A stretch of 62,830 bases of DNA, the filler included, from Stramenopiles sp. TOSAG23-2 (Eukaryota): assembly GCA_900128395.1 (NCBI GenBank). It is 34 parts of 34 records of this genome, joined end to end, with 100 filler letters (N's around TTAATTAATTAA, not from the genome) between each part and the next. Parts side by side here need not be neighbours in the genome. Positions count along the whole stretch, not along the records: positions 13,007 to 14,763 come from LT652390.1; positions 14,864 to 16,619 come from LT652391.1; positions 16,720 to 18,475 come from LT652392.1; positions 18,576 to 20,331 come from LT652393.1; positions 20,432 to 22,186 come from LT652394.1; positions 22,287 to 24,041 come from LT652395.1; positions 24,142 to 25,893 come from LT652396.1; 27 more parts are not named here. The stretch is one strand, 5' to 3'. The notes under the pieces are model-generated. The model saw nothing but the letters and a program-made list of their open reading frames with translations, was not told the DNA's origin and did no database searches. Made by a program: the position numbers and the translations under genes. Shown in pieces: positions 13,248-24,491 of the stretch (positions are counted from its first letter, which is position 1; every line of letters begins with the position of its first letter).

Positions 13248-13526
13248 AGATGCATATTATAGTATACTAAAATTTGTACTAAAAATATTTAGTGCCTGGA
13301 CACTATCTGGCAAGGAAAATCTCTGGTGTCCAGAGTAAATATAGCACAGAAGACCCCGCGGATGATTAAATTCGCAGACTGGCAGACCAAGATGCATATT
13401 ATAGTATACTAAAATTTGTACTAAAAATATTTAGTGCCTGGACAATATCAACACTAGAAACAAGGAGAAGGCTGGAAGGCGGCTGGAAGGCAGAAGACCC
13501 GCCCGCGGATGATTAAATTCGCAGAC
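13248..13526. repeat. Imperfect direct duplication, about 142-bp period
   Basis: The 55-bp block 13248-13302 is identical to 13390-13444. CAGAAGACCC..CGCGGATGATTAAATTCGCAGAC also occurs twice. Confidence 0.9.
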
Positions 13527-13751
13527 GACTGTGCTGGACTGTGGCAGAGTCATCCTCCCACACAGCTGGACAGCTGAGATTTCCTTCTTCCAGCTTAAGC
13601 TTATATTATATTATACATGTATAAATTTACTAGCTGGCGGCTGGAGGAAAAAAACTGGTAAAGAAGTCAAGCAGTCAAGTTTTTTCAAAATATTTATTCT
13701 TTAAAACATGCAATATTATTCATATATGTACGCCGAAGAAAGTAATACACC

Positions 13752-14450
13752 ATGAATACATTGCAAATAAAACTAACGATTGTTGGAATATTAACAGTAT
13801 TTTCGGCTTATTCTATTAAGCGTGTATCATGGTCACAAAAGACTAATTTTGGAAGTAACAGTAAATCACAGAGTTTTAGTATTAGTAATAGTCACAGTCA
13901 TAATCCAGAAGAGGATCGTTCAACTGATTCTATACAAGGTACCGGTAGGAAGCTAGGTCCAAGTGACTGGGTAAATGACCTACCAACAAATTATTCTTTG
14001 TTAAATCAAACATGTCCATATAAACCAAAGTCTGCCTTAAATTCTGCATTATTAATGGCATTTGTAGGATTTGGACTTGAATATTGGTATTTAGGATTTT
14101 ACTCCGCGTTTCAATATAAAGCAGCTTTTTTTCTTTTTACTTTAATTTTGACTATATGGATACGTTTAATACCAATACCGAAAGGCGGTGACAGCTTTTT
14201 TACACTTTTTGGAACTAGTATTGCATGCATGGTCAGTTTTACTTGTTGGACATGGCAAGTTAGTAATTTTCTTGACATGTATTATGGAAGAGCAGTTGAT
14301 GCTTGTACCCGAGTACCTGATCCTATATGGAGTTTTATGAAAATTTATTACTGGAGGAAAGAGGTTGTGGAAATATCATCTAACATATTATTGAATAATA
14401 CGAATACAACTATCACAAATGCAACAAATATAACGAATAGTTCTGTATAA
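13752..14450 (+). CDS. TM2-domain-like membrane protein with signal peptide/anchor
   Basis: CPYKPKSALNSALLMAFVGFGLEYWYLGFY...K resembles the TM2 consensus (KS..TA.LL..F.G.FG...FYLG). Hydrophobic N-terminus. Confidence 0.65.
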   Translation: MNTLQIKLTIVGILTVFSAYSIKRVSWSQKTNFGSNSKSQSFSISNSHSHNPEEDRSTDSIQGTGRKLGPSDWVNDLPTNYSLLNQTCPYKPKSALNSALLMAFVGFGLEYWYLGFYSAFQYKAAFFLFTLILTIWIRLIPIPKGGDSFFTLFGTSIACMVSFTCWTWQVSNFLDMYYGRAVDACTRVPDPIWSFMKIYYWRKEVVEISSNILLNNTNTTITNATNITNSSV

Positions 14451-14645
14451 CAGTTTAATTATCTTAAAAATATACATTTTATGTATATGAATTATGAAAA
14501 TTTATTACTGGAGGAAAGAGGTTGTGGAAATATCATCTAACATATTATTGAATAATACGAATACAACTATCACAAATGCAACAAATATAACGAATAGTTC
14601 TGTATAACAGTTTAATTATCTTAAAAATATACATTTTATGTATAT
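14335..14645. repeat. Tandem duplication of the gene's 3' end (154 bp x2)
   Basis: 14335-14488 is identical to 14492-14645. Confidence 0.95.
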
Positions 14646-14863
14646 CATATATATATATATATATTAATATATATATATAGTAATATAATATATATTTATT
14701 AATATGAATATCTCATAGTGGGGATAGTAAAATTAGCAGGTAAATATAATTGGTAGTGTCTAGNNNNNNNNNNNNNNNNNNNNNNNNNNNNNNNNNNNNN
14801 NNNNNNNTTAATTAATTAANNNNNNNNNNNNNNNNNNNNNNNNNNNNNNNNNNNNNNNNNNNN

Positions 14864-15247
14864 ATGTTGTAATGATTTTAATCGATTTACCTCAATATCG
14901 TAATTAGCAATTTTTGTTTCCAATTCTTCAATTCGTTGTTTGTAATTTAAATACAATGCATTTGTTTTATTATAACGTTGTTTGATGTTATGATGTTCAT
15001 TTGTCAATACTTGCGTCAATTTAAACGTATTATCAATACGTTTATTAACAGATGTTGTTTCTGCAAATAAAACTTTCATATTACATAACATACGATCACA
15101 TTGAATTTTAATATTTTCATTTTCACGTTTTAAATTTGTATCAGACGTTGCTTGTTCTAATTTCAATTTTAAATCTAAATTTAACATATTTAATTCTTCA
15201 ACACGTTTCATTAAATTTTGATTCACGCTTTGTAAATGTGTTTTCAT
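14864..15247 (-). CDS. Coiled-coil protein, partial
   Basis: Heptad-rich ORF running off the contig. It may extend 5' to about 15345 across a frameshift in an A9 run. Confidence 0.6.
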
Positions 15248-15353
15248 TTGAACCGTTTCCGTATTTTTTTTTCAAATTCTTCATATAAACTACTTTCCGC
15301 TAATGTTTTTTCATTTTCAACAGAATTAATACGATTTTCATCATATAGTAGTA

Positions 15354-16592
15354 TTAATATTTCATGACTTGTTTTGTTTTAAAATCATATACTTTAAATC
15401 TCCTATCACCAAAAACTTTGGCCAAAACATCTGCAACAGTATTTTGCTTATTGTCAATAATTGGCGAGCATTCGAAAACTAAGCATGCTCGATGGCCAAT
15501 ACCACCATGTGGTACTTCATGCAATGCATTAGCATTCAAACCTGCACCAAATGCTATTGCAGTACCTGGTTTTAACACTACTGGAATGTTATTATCAGCA
15601 CCATCACAATACATTGGGTGTGTAGGTAGAAGTGTGAAAAAAATAGTACGTTGCGAACCCAAATTCAACAATATTCGCATGGTCGACATTCGTTTATGCG
15701 ATGATGGTTTTGTATCAATTTCCCACAATTTCCCGCCTGGGCCTAAAAATACATTACCAGTAACAACATCCTCTGTAAAAGTTCCTGGAAATACTTTTTG
15801 AACATTTTCCTTTGAATGTATTGCACCCATATAATCTTTATGCGGAGGTGTGTAACTTCGTTTGTATGCAATGTCATCGTACTCCTTTTGTAAGAAGGTT
15901 TCAACACAAATATCCAAATTGTCATCATTTGATAAAAATGCAAATATATTTCTTACCAAGGTATCGTTTTTTACAATTTCAAGCATTACCTTTGATGAAC
16001 CAAATGCAGATTTTAAAAATGCGCCAAACATTTTCACACCCTCTAGACCATTAGTATTAATAGAATCAACAACATTGATTCCATTGCTCTCTAAAGTTTC
16101 TGCAGTATGGTATAATGCTTTTAAATGTATAAATCGTAAAACATGCAAATAACAGAAAACTTCATAAATCATCTCATGAAGTACACTTCCAATGCTAGTT
16201 ATTTTGAAGTTATCATATGCAGTCCTTGGTGGATAGAAGTTCCCATTGAACATTAATACCAGCGCTTGGCTCACCCGATGTGGTTTGCAAATTTTTAAAA
16301 AATCTTCATTTTTGTCTTTTATCATATTGTGAATTGGATGCGATGCCGATATTAATGCATCGCAAATATGCAATCCAAAATTTTGTGGATTTAATTGTCG
16401 TGGATCAAAAAATTGTTGCATTTGACGGAAACACCATGCTCCAGAATTGAAATCATTTTTCCCTGGAATTGCTGTCAATTCTTTGCCGCTTAAATCGACT
16501 ACCTGGTAGTTTTTTGATGTTGTTTTTTCTTTCCTAGGACTGACTTTTGATTTTTTGGGCTCCCTTTTCTTTGCTGCTGCTCTTGCTGCCAT
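15354..16592 (-). CDS. AlkB-like 2OG-Fe(II) dioxygenase with basic N-terminus
   Basis: HxD (YTPPHKD), LNLGSQRTIFF, VVLKPGTAIAF, distal His (HEVP) and 2OG-binding Arg (HRACLVF). Confidence 0.75.
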   Translation of the reverse strand: MAARAAAKKREPKKSKVSPRKEKTTSKNYQVVDLSGKELTAIPGKNDFNSGAWCFRQMQQFFDPRQLNPQNFGLHICDALISASHPIHNMIKDKNEDFLKICKPHRVSQALVLMFNGNFYPPRTAYDNFKITSIGSVLHEMIYEVFCYLHVLRFIHLKALYHTAETLESNGINVVDSINTNGLEGVKMFGAFLKSAFGSSKVMLEIVKNDTLVRNIFAFLSNDDNLDICVETFLQKEYDDIAYKRSYTPPHKDYMGAIHSKENVQKVFPGTFTEDVVTGNVFLGPGGKLWEIDTKPSSHKRMSTMRILLNLGSQRTIFFTLLPTHPMYCDGADNNIPVVLKPGTAIAFGAGLNANALHEVPHGGIGHRACLVFECSPIIDNKQNTVADVLAKVFGDRRFKVYDFKTKQVMKY

Positions 16593-17173
16593 CTTGGCCT
16601 TCTTTGCTTCAGCTTATTANNNNNNNNNNNNNNNNNNNNNNNNNNNNNNNNNNNNNNNNNNNNTTAATTAATTAANNNNNNNNNNNNNNNNNNNNNNNNN
16701 NNNNNNNNNNNNNNNNNNNTAATAATGATAATGGAAGGGTACAACATCGTAGTCGCTTGTGAAAACATTTTTTTCATATAATATGCGAGAACGAGTTCGT
16801 ATAAAATACGAGCGAGTCGTATTATTTTTCTTATGCGTCGTAATAAATACGACGTATCTCTCTCAAAATAAATTGGTACACGCATCAGTATGAGTAGTAA
16901 AGGATAAAATTCTGGTCGGGAAGGTATTTTAAGGTAATTTTTTCTTTTCTAATGCTATTATGCTGTTAAGCATAAAAATAAATCTCAAAATTTATGTTTT
17001 TTACCTTAAAATTAGGCTAAAAAAGACCCCAATTTTGAGATTTTTTAGTGCTATTTCTATGCTAATTTGAAATAGCCCTAATCTTAACTATATCTACAAG
17101 TTATTGGGAAATCAAAATCCCATTAACACCGTTATTGGGAAATGAAAATCCTAATTAAATTAGTAGAAACAAA

Positions 17174-17584
17174 CTATTTTTTTTTAGCATTCTTCTTTCT
17201 ACCTTTATTAACTTTGGATTTTGTAATCTTTTTAGATTGAACTTTTGTATCTTTATTATCTTCTTCTTTTAGTTTTCTAAATGGCTCTCCTGTTTTAGGA
17301 TTAATAACAGGGTCAGTTTTCTTTTTAAAGGAAGTGCTACTTTTATTAATTCGTTTCCAATTTTTAAACATATCATTTAACGATGTTGAATTAGCTATTT
17401 GTTTAGCTTCCTCAACTGTTCGTGCTTCTATTGTATTAACAAATTCGTAATGTATCTTACGATGTATTTTATATAATTTAATAGGCATTTTTTCACGCTG
17501 TTTTTCAATAGCATTTAATTTAACAGCTTGTTCTTGAAGCTTAATATTTGCTTCATTAGCAATTCTTTTTTGCTCTTCTAATTG
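17174..17584 (-). pseudogene. Second internal gene fragment (Lys-rich) of the TIR element
   Basis: Frame QLEEQKRIANEANIKLQEQAVKLNAIEKQREK-MPIKLYK...INPKTG...KKK* is joined out of frame to the protease fragment. Confidence 0.45.
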
Positions 17585-17748
17585 AAATTTTGACAGTTGT
17601 TATTAAAAGCAGAATAAGGAAGAAACTTACGACCCATATGTTTTTTGGTATTAGCCATTACAGTATTTAATGTTAATGACTTATTTACTGGAACTAACTT
17701 ACTTTCAGCATTTTTACGAACACCAGCCATTCCCATTCTAATAACTTT
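17578..17748 (-). pseudogene. Fragment of permuted papain-like (PPPDE/NlpC-type) protein inside the TIR element
   Basis: KVIRMGMAGVRKNAESKLVPVNKSLTLNTVMANTKKHMGRKFLPYSAFNNNCQNF, containing a YxxxxNNCQxF catalytic-Cys motif. Cut at both ends. Confidence 0.55.
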
Positions 17749-18055
17749 AAGATTAGGGCTATTTCAAATTAGCATAGAAATAGCACTAAAAAATCTCAAA
17801 ATTGGGGTCTTTTTTAGCCTAATTTTAAGGTAAAAAACATAAATTTTGAGATTTATTTTTATGCTTAACAGCATAATAGCATTAGAAAAGAAAAAATTAC
17901 CTTAAAATACCTTCCCGACCAGAATTTTATCCTTTACTACTATATACGATATATATGTATGCATATATATATATAATACAATATCATATCCTCTAAAATA
18001 TACATATCATATTTTTAAATATAAATATTAATTTTTTATATATAATTTTGTCAAT

Positions 18056-18475
18056 TTACTCTACTTTACCACCTTCACCTCCCATCAACACCATTCGTTG
18101 GTGTTGTTCCGTTAACGTTAACGGACTATGCTCTTTTGAAAACCCTGTAGCTGAATGCGCACCAGCTGTTGCCTCGATTACACCGGTTGGTGCAATATTG
18201 TCGGGTATATCATTGGCGCTTGCTGCTGCAGTTGCACCACTTGCTCCACTCATGCTACCCGTTGCAGCATCTTGTTCACCAGCTGAAGATGTTGCACCAC
18301 TTTCGTGAACACCAGTTGGTCCACGTACTTCATCTGCTCCAGTTGCACCAGAAATACCTGTTGATCCGCTAAAACCAGTACCACCTGTACCGTCAACACC
18401 TAGAATTGCTTCCAATTCTTTCTCTGTTGCATTTACCGCGTTTTTCGTCACAAGGTAACTAGTTGCGCTTTTATT
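18056..18475 (-). CDS. Gly/Ala/Thr/Ser-rich low-complexity protein, 3' end
   Basis: Open frame with repeated SGATG/GATA motifs and coding-like GC content. Confidence 0.6.
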   Translation of the reverse strand, partial: NKSATSYLVTKNAVNATEKELEAILGVDGTGGTGFSGSTGISGATGADEVRGPTGVHESGATSSAGEQDAATGSMSGASGATAAASANDIPDNIAPTGVIEATAGAHSATGFSKEHSPLTLTEQHQRMVLMGGEGGKVE

Positions 18476-18631
18476 NNNNNNNNNNNNNNNNNNNNNNNNN
18501 NNNNNNNNNNNNNNNNNNNTTAATTAATTAANNNNNNNNNNNNNNNNNNNNNNNNNNNNNNNNNNNNNNNNNNNNTTTGATACTAAAGATGCCATCGTAT
18601 TTTCATTTGTTTATCTTTCTGTTTTTTTGTA

Positions 18632-18664
<33 letters not shown>

Positions 18665-18840
18665 GTTATTGTTTATTTTTTGTTTTGTGTTTTACATTTT
18701 ATTTCTATATATATATATGCATTTTATAAATTAAGAAGAAAAAATATAATAAAACAACAACACAACACAATATAGACTATAATATATACTAGTAGTAGTA
18801 GTAGTAGTATTATAAGATATATAAAAATATAATTTTTAAC

Positions 18841-20014
18841 TTAGATTAAGAAAAAATATATTTTTATACTGTGCAGACTTGCAACTGGTTTTACGAAAAA
18901 GTAAAAGTTGTTTACAGCTGTGCTCACAATTAATTTAATTAGATATATATTAGCATCGTTTTCCAGTGTGTTCACAATTTTTAATGGCCGGAGTTCTTCA
19001 CCTTTATTTAGGGCGTTCGTTATCATATCTGTTATCTTGGAATAATCAACACTAGTACCTCGTTCGTCGACATCTACGATTTGTTTAAAATCCAATAATC
19101 GTATATCCATATTATTTAGCCATCCAAAAACTAGCAAAATCATGATTGTAGTCACCCTTGCGACTGGCGCAAAGGTTTCATGGTACTCATCTTTTCTTTG
19201 ATCATACCCCAAAGCTACTAACCTTGCTTTGAATTTTACCACTTCTCCATTTTCATCACTTTTGATATCATAAACCATTCTCGTTGGATGTTGGCGTAAC
19301 CATCTTATTTGACTGAGTAAGTTCACATCTCCTTTCTCATTAATAATAACATCTTTTGCTTCTCCAACGTCTGCTATCTGTGTTGTCTTGATAGAGCCAG
19401 ATTGGGTTTGAAGAATAAATTCTTCTTCTCTGATATTCGTTGCATTGTCTTTATTTGTTTTGATGTGACCTCCACTTCCACTATCCATTATCCACACATC
19501 TTTGTCATTTTGACTAACCTGATACGTTTCAACCATAAATAAACAAGCGCATCTTGAACATTTTTTTTCATCAATACAATGGCAACAAATATAATATTCA
19601 TCTGTTGAAAATAATTCTTTCAATAAATTCTTCATCCTCTTTTCTTACTTCATCCTCTCTTTCTCTTTCTCTTTTTAAACGGTTATTTCTTTTTGATTCT
19701 CTTTGTGCTTTACTGATATACTCCTTTTGGTTGTGGTAAAACTTCCTCAAATTTTTATACTGAAAACTAAAAAACAATGAGATAGCAAAATATCTTACCT
19801 CTCTTTTTTCCTTGATTTGATTTGTAAAATTAATTAGACTTGGTATATCGTTAATAACTATATCAATATATTTTTGTTGAAAAAAAGTGAAAGGAGTACT
19901 ATTTTTTGCAATGAATCTCCATACCTGTGATTTTTCCACCGATGTCATATATCTTTTGTTTAAAGTGATATCAGTTGATTCAAGGATATTATAATTGCAT
20001 AATATTGTATTCAT
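18841..20014 (-). mobile_element. Internally deleted Ty1/copia retrotransposon relic (gag?-protease-RT fragments)
   Basis: Protease WIMDSGSGGHI. RVT_2 motifs VYDIK...KFKARLVALGYDQ...YHETFAPVA...LDFK. No integrase, YVDD or RNase H. Confidence 0.88.
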
Positions 20015-20077
20015 ATATAATTATAAATGTGTCATGATTTTCATGTTCTTGGTAGGGTTGCTACTATGGACACAGCA

Positions 20078-20248
20078 TGTTAAAATATCCTATCAAAATT
20101 ATTTAGAATACACTAAGTGTGTACACAAGGAAGAAATATGTTGAAATGAAGAATTGTAAAATGAATAAATAACACAAATAGAGAAAATATTCATCACATG
20201 CATCTATAGATAGAAAATATCTCTAGTATGTGTTAGTGTGTGTCAACA
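20078..20248 (-). repeat. Candidate 5' LTR of the copia relic
   Basis: Minus strand reads TGTTGA...TTTAACA directly upstream of the gag-like ORF. No second LTR and no canonical PBS seen. Confidence 0.3.
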
Positions 20249-20285
20249 GAAACAAAAACAAAATATCAACATTCAAATCATCATC

Positions 20286-20331
20286 ATGGCAGACGAGGAT
20301 AAATTAGAACAAGAAACATTTGAAATTGCTG
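20286..20331 (+). CDS. 5' end of a gene, possibly eIF5A
   Basis: MADEDKLEQETFEIA at the contig edge resembles eIF5A N-termini (MSDEE..FE.ADAG). Only 15 codons. Confidence 0.25.
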
Positions 20332-21644
20332 NNNNNNNNNNNNNNNNNNNNNNNNNNNNNNNNNNNNNNNNNNNNTTAATTAATTAANNNNNNNNNNNNN
20401 NNNNNNNNNNNNNNNNNNNNNNNNNNNNNNNTACTTAAACACTATATTTACCTATCAAACACACAAATTAATCCATTTTTTTCTATGTTCCATTTTTTTA
20501 TCAAAATTGAAAAAAAAGAAAAAGAAAGAAGTTTCAATTCAATTCTGTATGGAAAAAAAAAACATTTACTTCGATTCACGTATTTCGAATTAAAGGTGTT
20601 AACATCTCATTTAGATCAAAATTACATAATAATTTCAAACATATAAGATATTTGGCATAATATTAAGAATTTGTGAAGCTACAAGAGTATTTTAACTGGA
20701 GAAAGGATTTTAAAATTAAACGGACTTACACAGCCTTTTTATCATGGTTATTGATTCAATAGAGATAAAAACACTAGAAAAATTTAAACTAAAATTCATA
20801 CGAGCGATAAAACATCAAATATGGTCGATATATCTACATAAAACTGTTGGATTAAAGCTAAGAAAGTATTTTTTAAGAATATGTAATGATATATATAATG
20901 TCGTGGGTATATGTACGTGTCTAAGCAACGGAATGTGTGGTGTACATATTGCTAGTTCGTTAGCATTTAAACTAGAAAACATGTCTTTTTCTTGTACTAT
21001 AATTATACACCATGTCAAGCATCAAAAATTTTTCAACGTTATAATCTTCCCAGCTTCGCCATTTCTTTAGACATTTTTGGGTTGAAGCGGCAACGCAAAG
21101 AGTCATGGATATATGTAATGTCAGTTAGAAAAATTGTTTGCGTTTGACTTATATCCTATTTCCACTTTTTACACCGGTAATCTTGTCGATACGAGTAGTG
21201 CTTTTCTTGTTGCAACTTAGGTCAGCTAGTTTATTGTATGATATGTATAATAAATTTAGTATATTATTATTGTTGTTGAAATAAAAAATATAATAATACT
21301 AGATCTATAATATTAATATTAAATATAGTTTTTTAATAAATAATAAGTTAATAATAATAATGATATATAATAATAATTCTAATAATAAATATAAAAAAAT
21401 AATACTGTACCTGAATAAAGTTACGGGAAAACGTAGATTTGGACCTGGAAATGCCTCTGGTGTCCATAGAATGGTACCAGGTTAAGTCGATCGCGATTAA
21501 AAAGTTCTACCAGGCGATTGTTATTTTAGAAGAGTTTGAGGCCACTGGTGAACTACACAGGAGCGTCAAAAGCCTATACGATCTGTTGAAGGGTGTGTTA
21601 GACGAGGCGAAGGGTTTGTGGCACTCTAAAAAATCTTGTATAAC

Positions 21645-22186
21645 TTAAATTTCTGCTTTACGTGTCATTTCTATGCCTCCATCTACTACAACCTTCACCT
21701 TTTCCGAATGTCCCCCCTTTTTCCTCTGCCCTCTTTTCAAACACAGCGTCAGTAATAAATGTGCTGCTAATATCACTGCGATAATATTATCCCATCCTGC
21801 TTTGTACGGTTTCTTAAGTATGAGCAAACCTGCCCAAAACGCACAGATAATAATACCCAAAAATACTATCTACATTCATTATCTACCAAGAATATTTCCT
21901 TCCTTGTACTTAAACTTTCCATATTTCCCATACCGTTTTCTCTTACAAAAGCCTCCACGATAGCATTTGCATTTGACATTTGTCTAGGGTAATAGGTATG
22001 TTGAAAATTCTCATTTATTTTTATGGCATTTATTTGGACAATTTGATTTCTGAAAAGATAATTTGATTTAAGTATCAAGAAGAGTTGAGAATAATACCAT
22101 GATTCTGCGTCCCATTTCGGTTCATAAGGTAACAACATATGGATACTAGATCTATGAAATGCAGTGAATGCTCCATCGTACCAATC
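21645..22186 (-). pseudogene. Disrupted C-terminal TM region of a large multi-TM surface protein
   Basis: LLPYEPKW...RK...GIIICAFWAGLLILKKPYKAGWDN split over two frames with stops. Same motif style as the 48176-49921 protein (LYLKPY). Confidence 0.5.
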
Positions 22187-22286
22187 NNNNNNNNNNNNNN
22201 NNNNNNNNNNNNNNNNNNNNNNNNNNNNNNTTAATTAATTAANNNNNNNNNNNNNNNNNNNNNNNNNNNNNNNNNNNNNNNNNNNN

Positions 22287-22424
22287 GGTAAGAGCAACAA
22301 TTAAAGTGCTTTGAAGGGCAATGGAATCAAATCTATCTTTATAATATGTAACTTCTGCTTCTCTAATTTTTAATAAATGTTGTACGGCTGCTGATTCCAA
22401 TGCATAATGTTCAGCTGATAACAT
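22287..22424 (-). CDS. 5' end of a membrane protein (possibly Orai/PGG-like)
   Basis: MLSAEHYALESAAVQHLLKIREAEVTYYKDRFDSIALQSTLIVALT runs off the contig. Amphipathic helix leading into a TM start. Confidence 0.45.
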
Positions 22425-23138
22425 TTCTTTTGTTTAGAAAGACAAATAAAAATGATTTCCGCTCGGGGTAATTGTAATATTTTTATCGTAAATAAAAATG
22501 ATTTAAAAAGGAATATAAAATGTTTTTAAATATAATATATTTATGATAGTTATACTATATCTCTTAGAGAATTGTTCAATATATTATATATATCTTGAAT
22601 ATATATTAATTTTCTTTTTTACGCTGAACTAAAAAAAAAAAGGCATTCTGGCATTCCTTGTATTAATAAATGAGGTATTATTGGATATTATACAAAAAAT
22701 CGGATATTCTTAGTATATTCATCAAAATAACTATTGGCTGTTTTTGGATTTTTTGTATTTTCCAATCTCTCTCTATCAAATATACATAAATTAGTATACT
22801 AAATTAGTACTTAAATTAACAACCATTTTGAAATCCACTAAATAAAATCCATCTCATATTTTTAGAATTTTACATGCGATATAGGCAAATTAAAAGCCTT
22901 GAATTCGATTGGGCAACAAATAATGGTTTTGCTAAAAAATGCTGCTTTTTTGAAAAACAACATTTATTTAATTATAGATTAATATTGTATACATATGTGT
23001 GTGATTGAACAAACACCATCAACAGATAGAAAAGAACATTACAAAAGAAAAACAATAGAACATATATGTATATTAATACAAGAAATAAACATATTGTACA
23101 TAAGAAAGATATACTATAAATTTGAATATATATAAAAA

Positions 23139-23750
23139 ATGAAAAATAAATGTCAAAAAAATAATTATAACAAATTTATCATATTATTCATTGTAATAAA
23201 TATAAACATGATAATAAATAAAAACATGGTTCATGGACGATATGAGGATCCTGGAAGAGGTTGGGGGAAAAAACCAAATATAACGTGGTATAAAGGGATA
23301 GATAGTGGATTAGAACAAGCACGGTTACAACAAAAACCATTTTTGATGTTAGTTCATACTAAATCGGATAGTTGTTATGCTTGTACTAAACTTGGATATG
23401 AATTTGATTGCGCAGAAATTTGCNNNNNNNNNNNNNNNNNNNNNNNNNNNNNNGAAATTTGGGAATTATCAAAACGTTTTGTTATGATTAATGTACTTAA
23501 TGATGAAGAGCCAGATGAAGATGAAGGATTTGCACCAGATGGTATCTATCACCCACGAATTTTATTCGGTGGAACAAATGGTAAAGTCGAAGCAACATTA
23601 CATCATAAAGATGAAATATATATAACAGATGTGGAAGGTGATAGTCGAGAATTTTATCCAGATCCTGTACGAATGAAATATTATTATCCAGATAAAGCAT
23701 CTATGATAAATGGAATGAGGCGTGCTATGAAGTTTTATGGTTTGCGATGA
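23139..23750 (+). CDS. TXNDC12: TXNDC12/ERp18 (AGR family) thioredoxin-like protein; 30-N internal gap
   Basis: GWG..ITW, KPFLMLVH, CYAC active site, LSKRFVMINV..DEEP, FAPDGIYHPRILF, KYYY. Confidence 0.85.
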   Translation: MKNKCQKNNYNKFIILFIVININMIINKNMVHGRYEDPGRGWGKKPNITWYKGIDSGLEQARLQQKPFLMLVHTKSDSCYACTKLGYEFDCAEICXXXXXXXXXXEIWELSKRFVMINVLNDEEPDEDEGFAPDGIYHPRILFGGTNGKVEATLHHKDEIYITDVEGDSREFYPDPVRMKYYYPDKASMINGMRRAMKFYGLR

Positions 23751-24141
23751 TGTGACCACACTGTGTATAATACAGAAAAAATAGATTTTTACACACACAG
23801 CAGTCGTAAAAATTAAGTTTTGGAGCGAATCTATGATATATTAATTATTAATGTATTACTTCGTATATTATTATTCCGTACCCGTATGATATTCGTACAC
23901 TCTATAAAATTATGGTTGTCAAATACCACCGAGAAATATTTTTTTATTTTTTATATAAACCATCTTTTATTTTTTTGTGTCCTCTCAAAAATCTAATTTA
24001 CAATAATCTTTGCATACATTATTATACGATCCATTATATGANNNNNNNNNNNNNNNNNNNNNNNNNNNNNNNNNNNNNNNNNNNNTTAATTAATTAANNN
24101 NNNNNNNNNNNNNNNNNNNNNNNNNNNNNNNNNNNNNNNNN

Positions 24142-24491
24142 AAAAAAAAGAATGGGTTGCGGTAGTGAATTTAAATACGCAAGATAAAAATAGTTATTTA
24201 CAAAGTGAATTGCCATATTGCGAAGATCGTGATTATTTAATTGGTGCAAAAGTTGTTGTAAAGGCATATATTGATAATACGCAATGTTGCAAACATTTAA
24301 AAGATTATAACAAATGCATTGGTAAATCTACATGTAAAAGTAAAATGATCAAATTAAATGATAAAATGAATAGACATTATTCAAAAGATGTAGTATTGAC
24401 GGGAACACAATATGAAGTGAAGAGTATCTACGATGTGAACAGAAGAAGAAGAATATTGCAAGATCGTAGTAAGGGTGATTGCAGGCTTTGA
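24142..24491 (+). CDS. 3' end of a Cys-containing, probably secreted protein
   Basis: Open frame with 6 Cys, ending NRRRRILQDRSKGDCRL*. Confidence 0.5.

Larger units (their letters stand above)
16893..17941. mobile_element. Miniature non-autonomous Polinton/PLV-like element with 195-bp terminal inverted repeats
   Basis: 16893-17087 is the reverse complement of 17747-17941. Termini are AGTAGT...ACTACT and the interior holds gene fragments. No target-site duplication is visible. Confidence 0.7.

Noticed and set aside
16887-17947. 6-bp target-site duplication around the TIR element
   Set aside because: Flanks AGTATG and ATATAC do not match.
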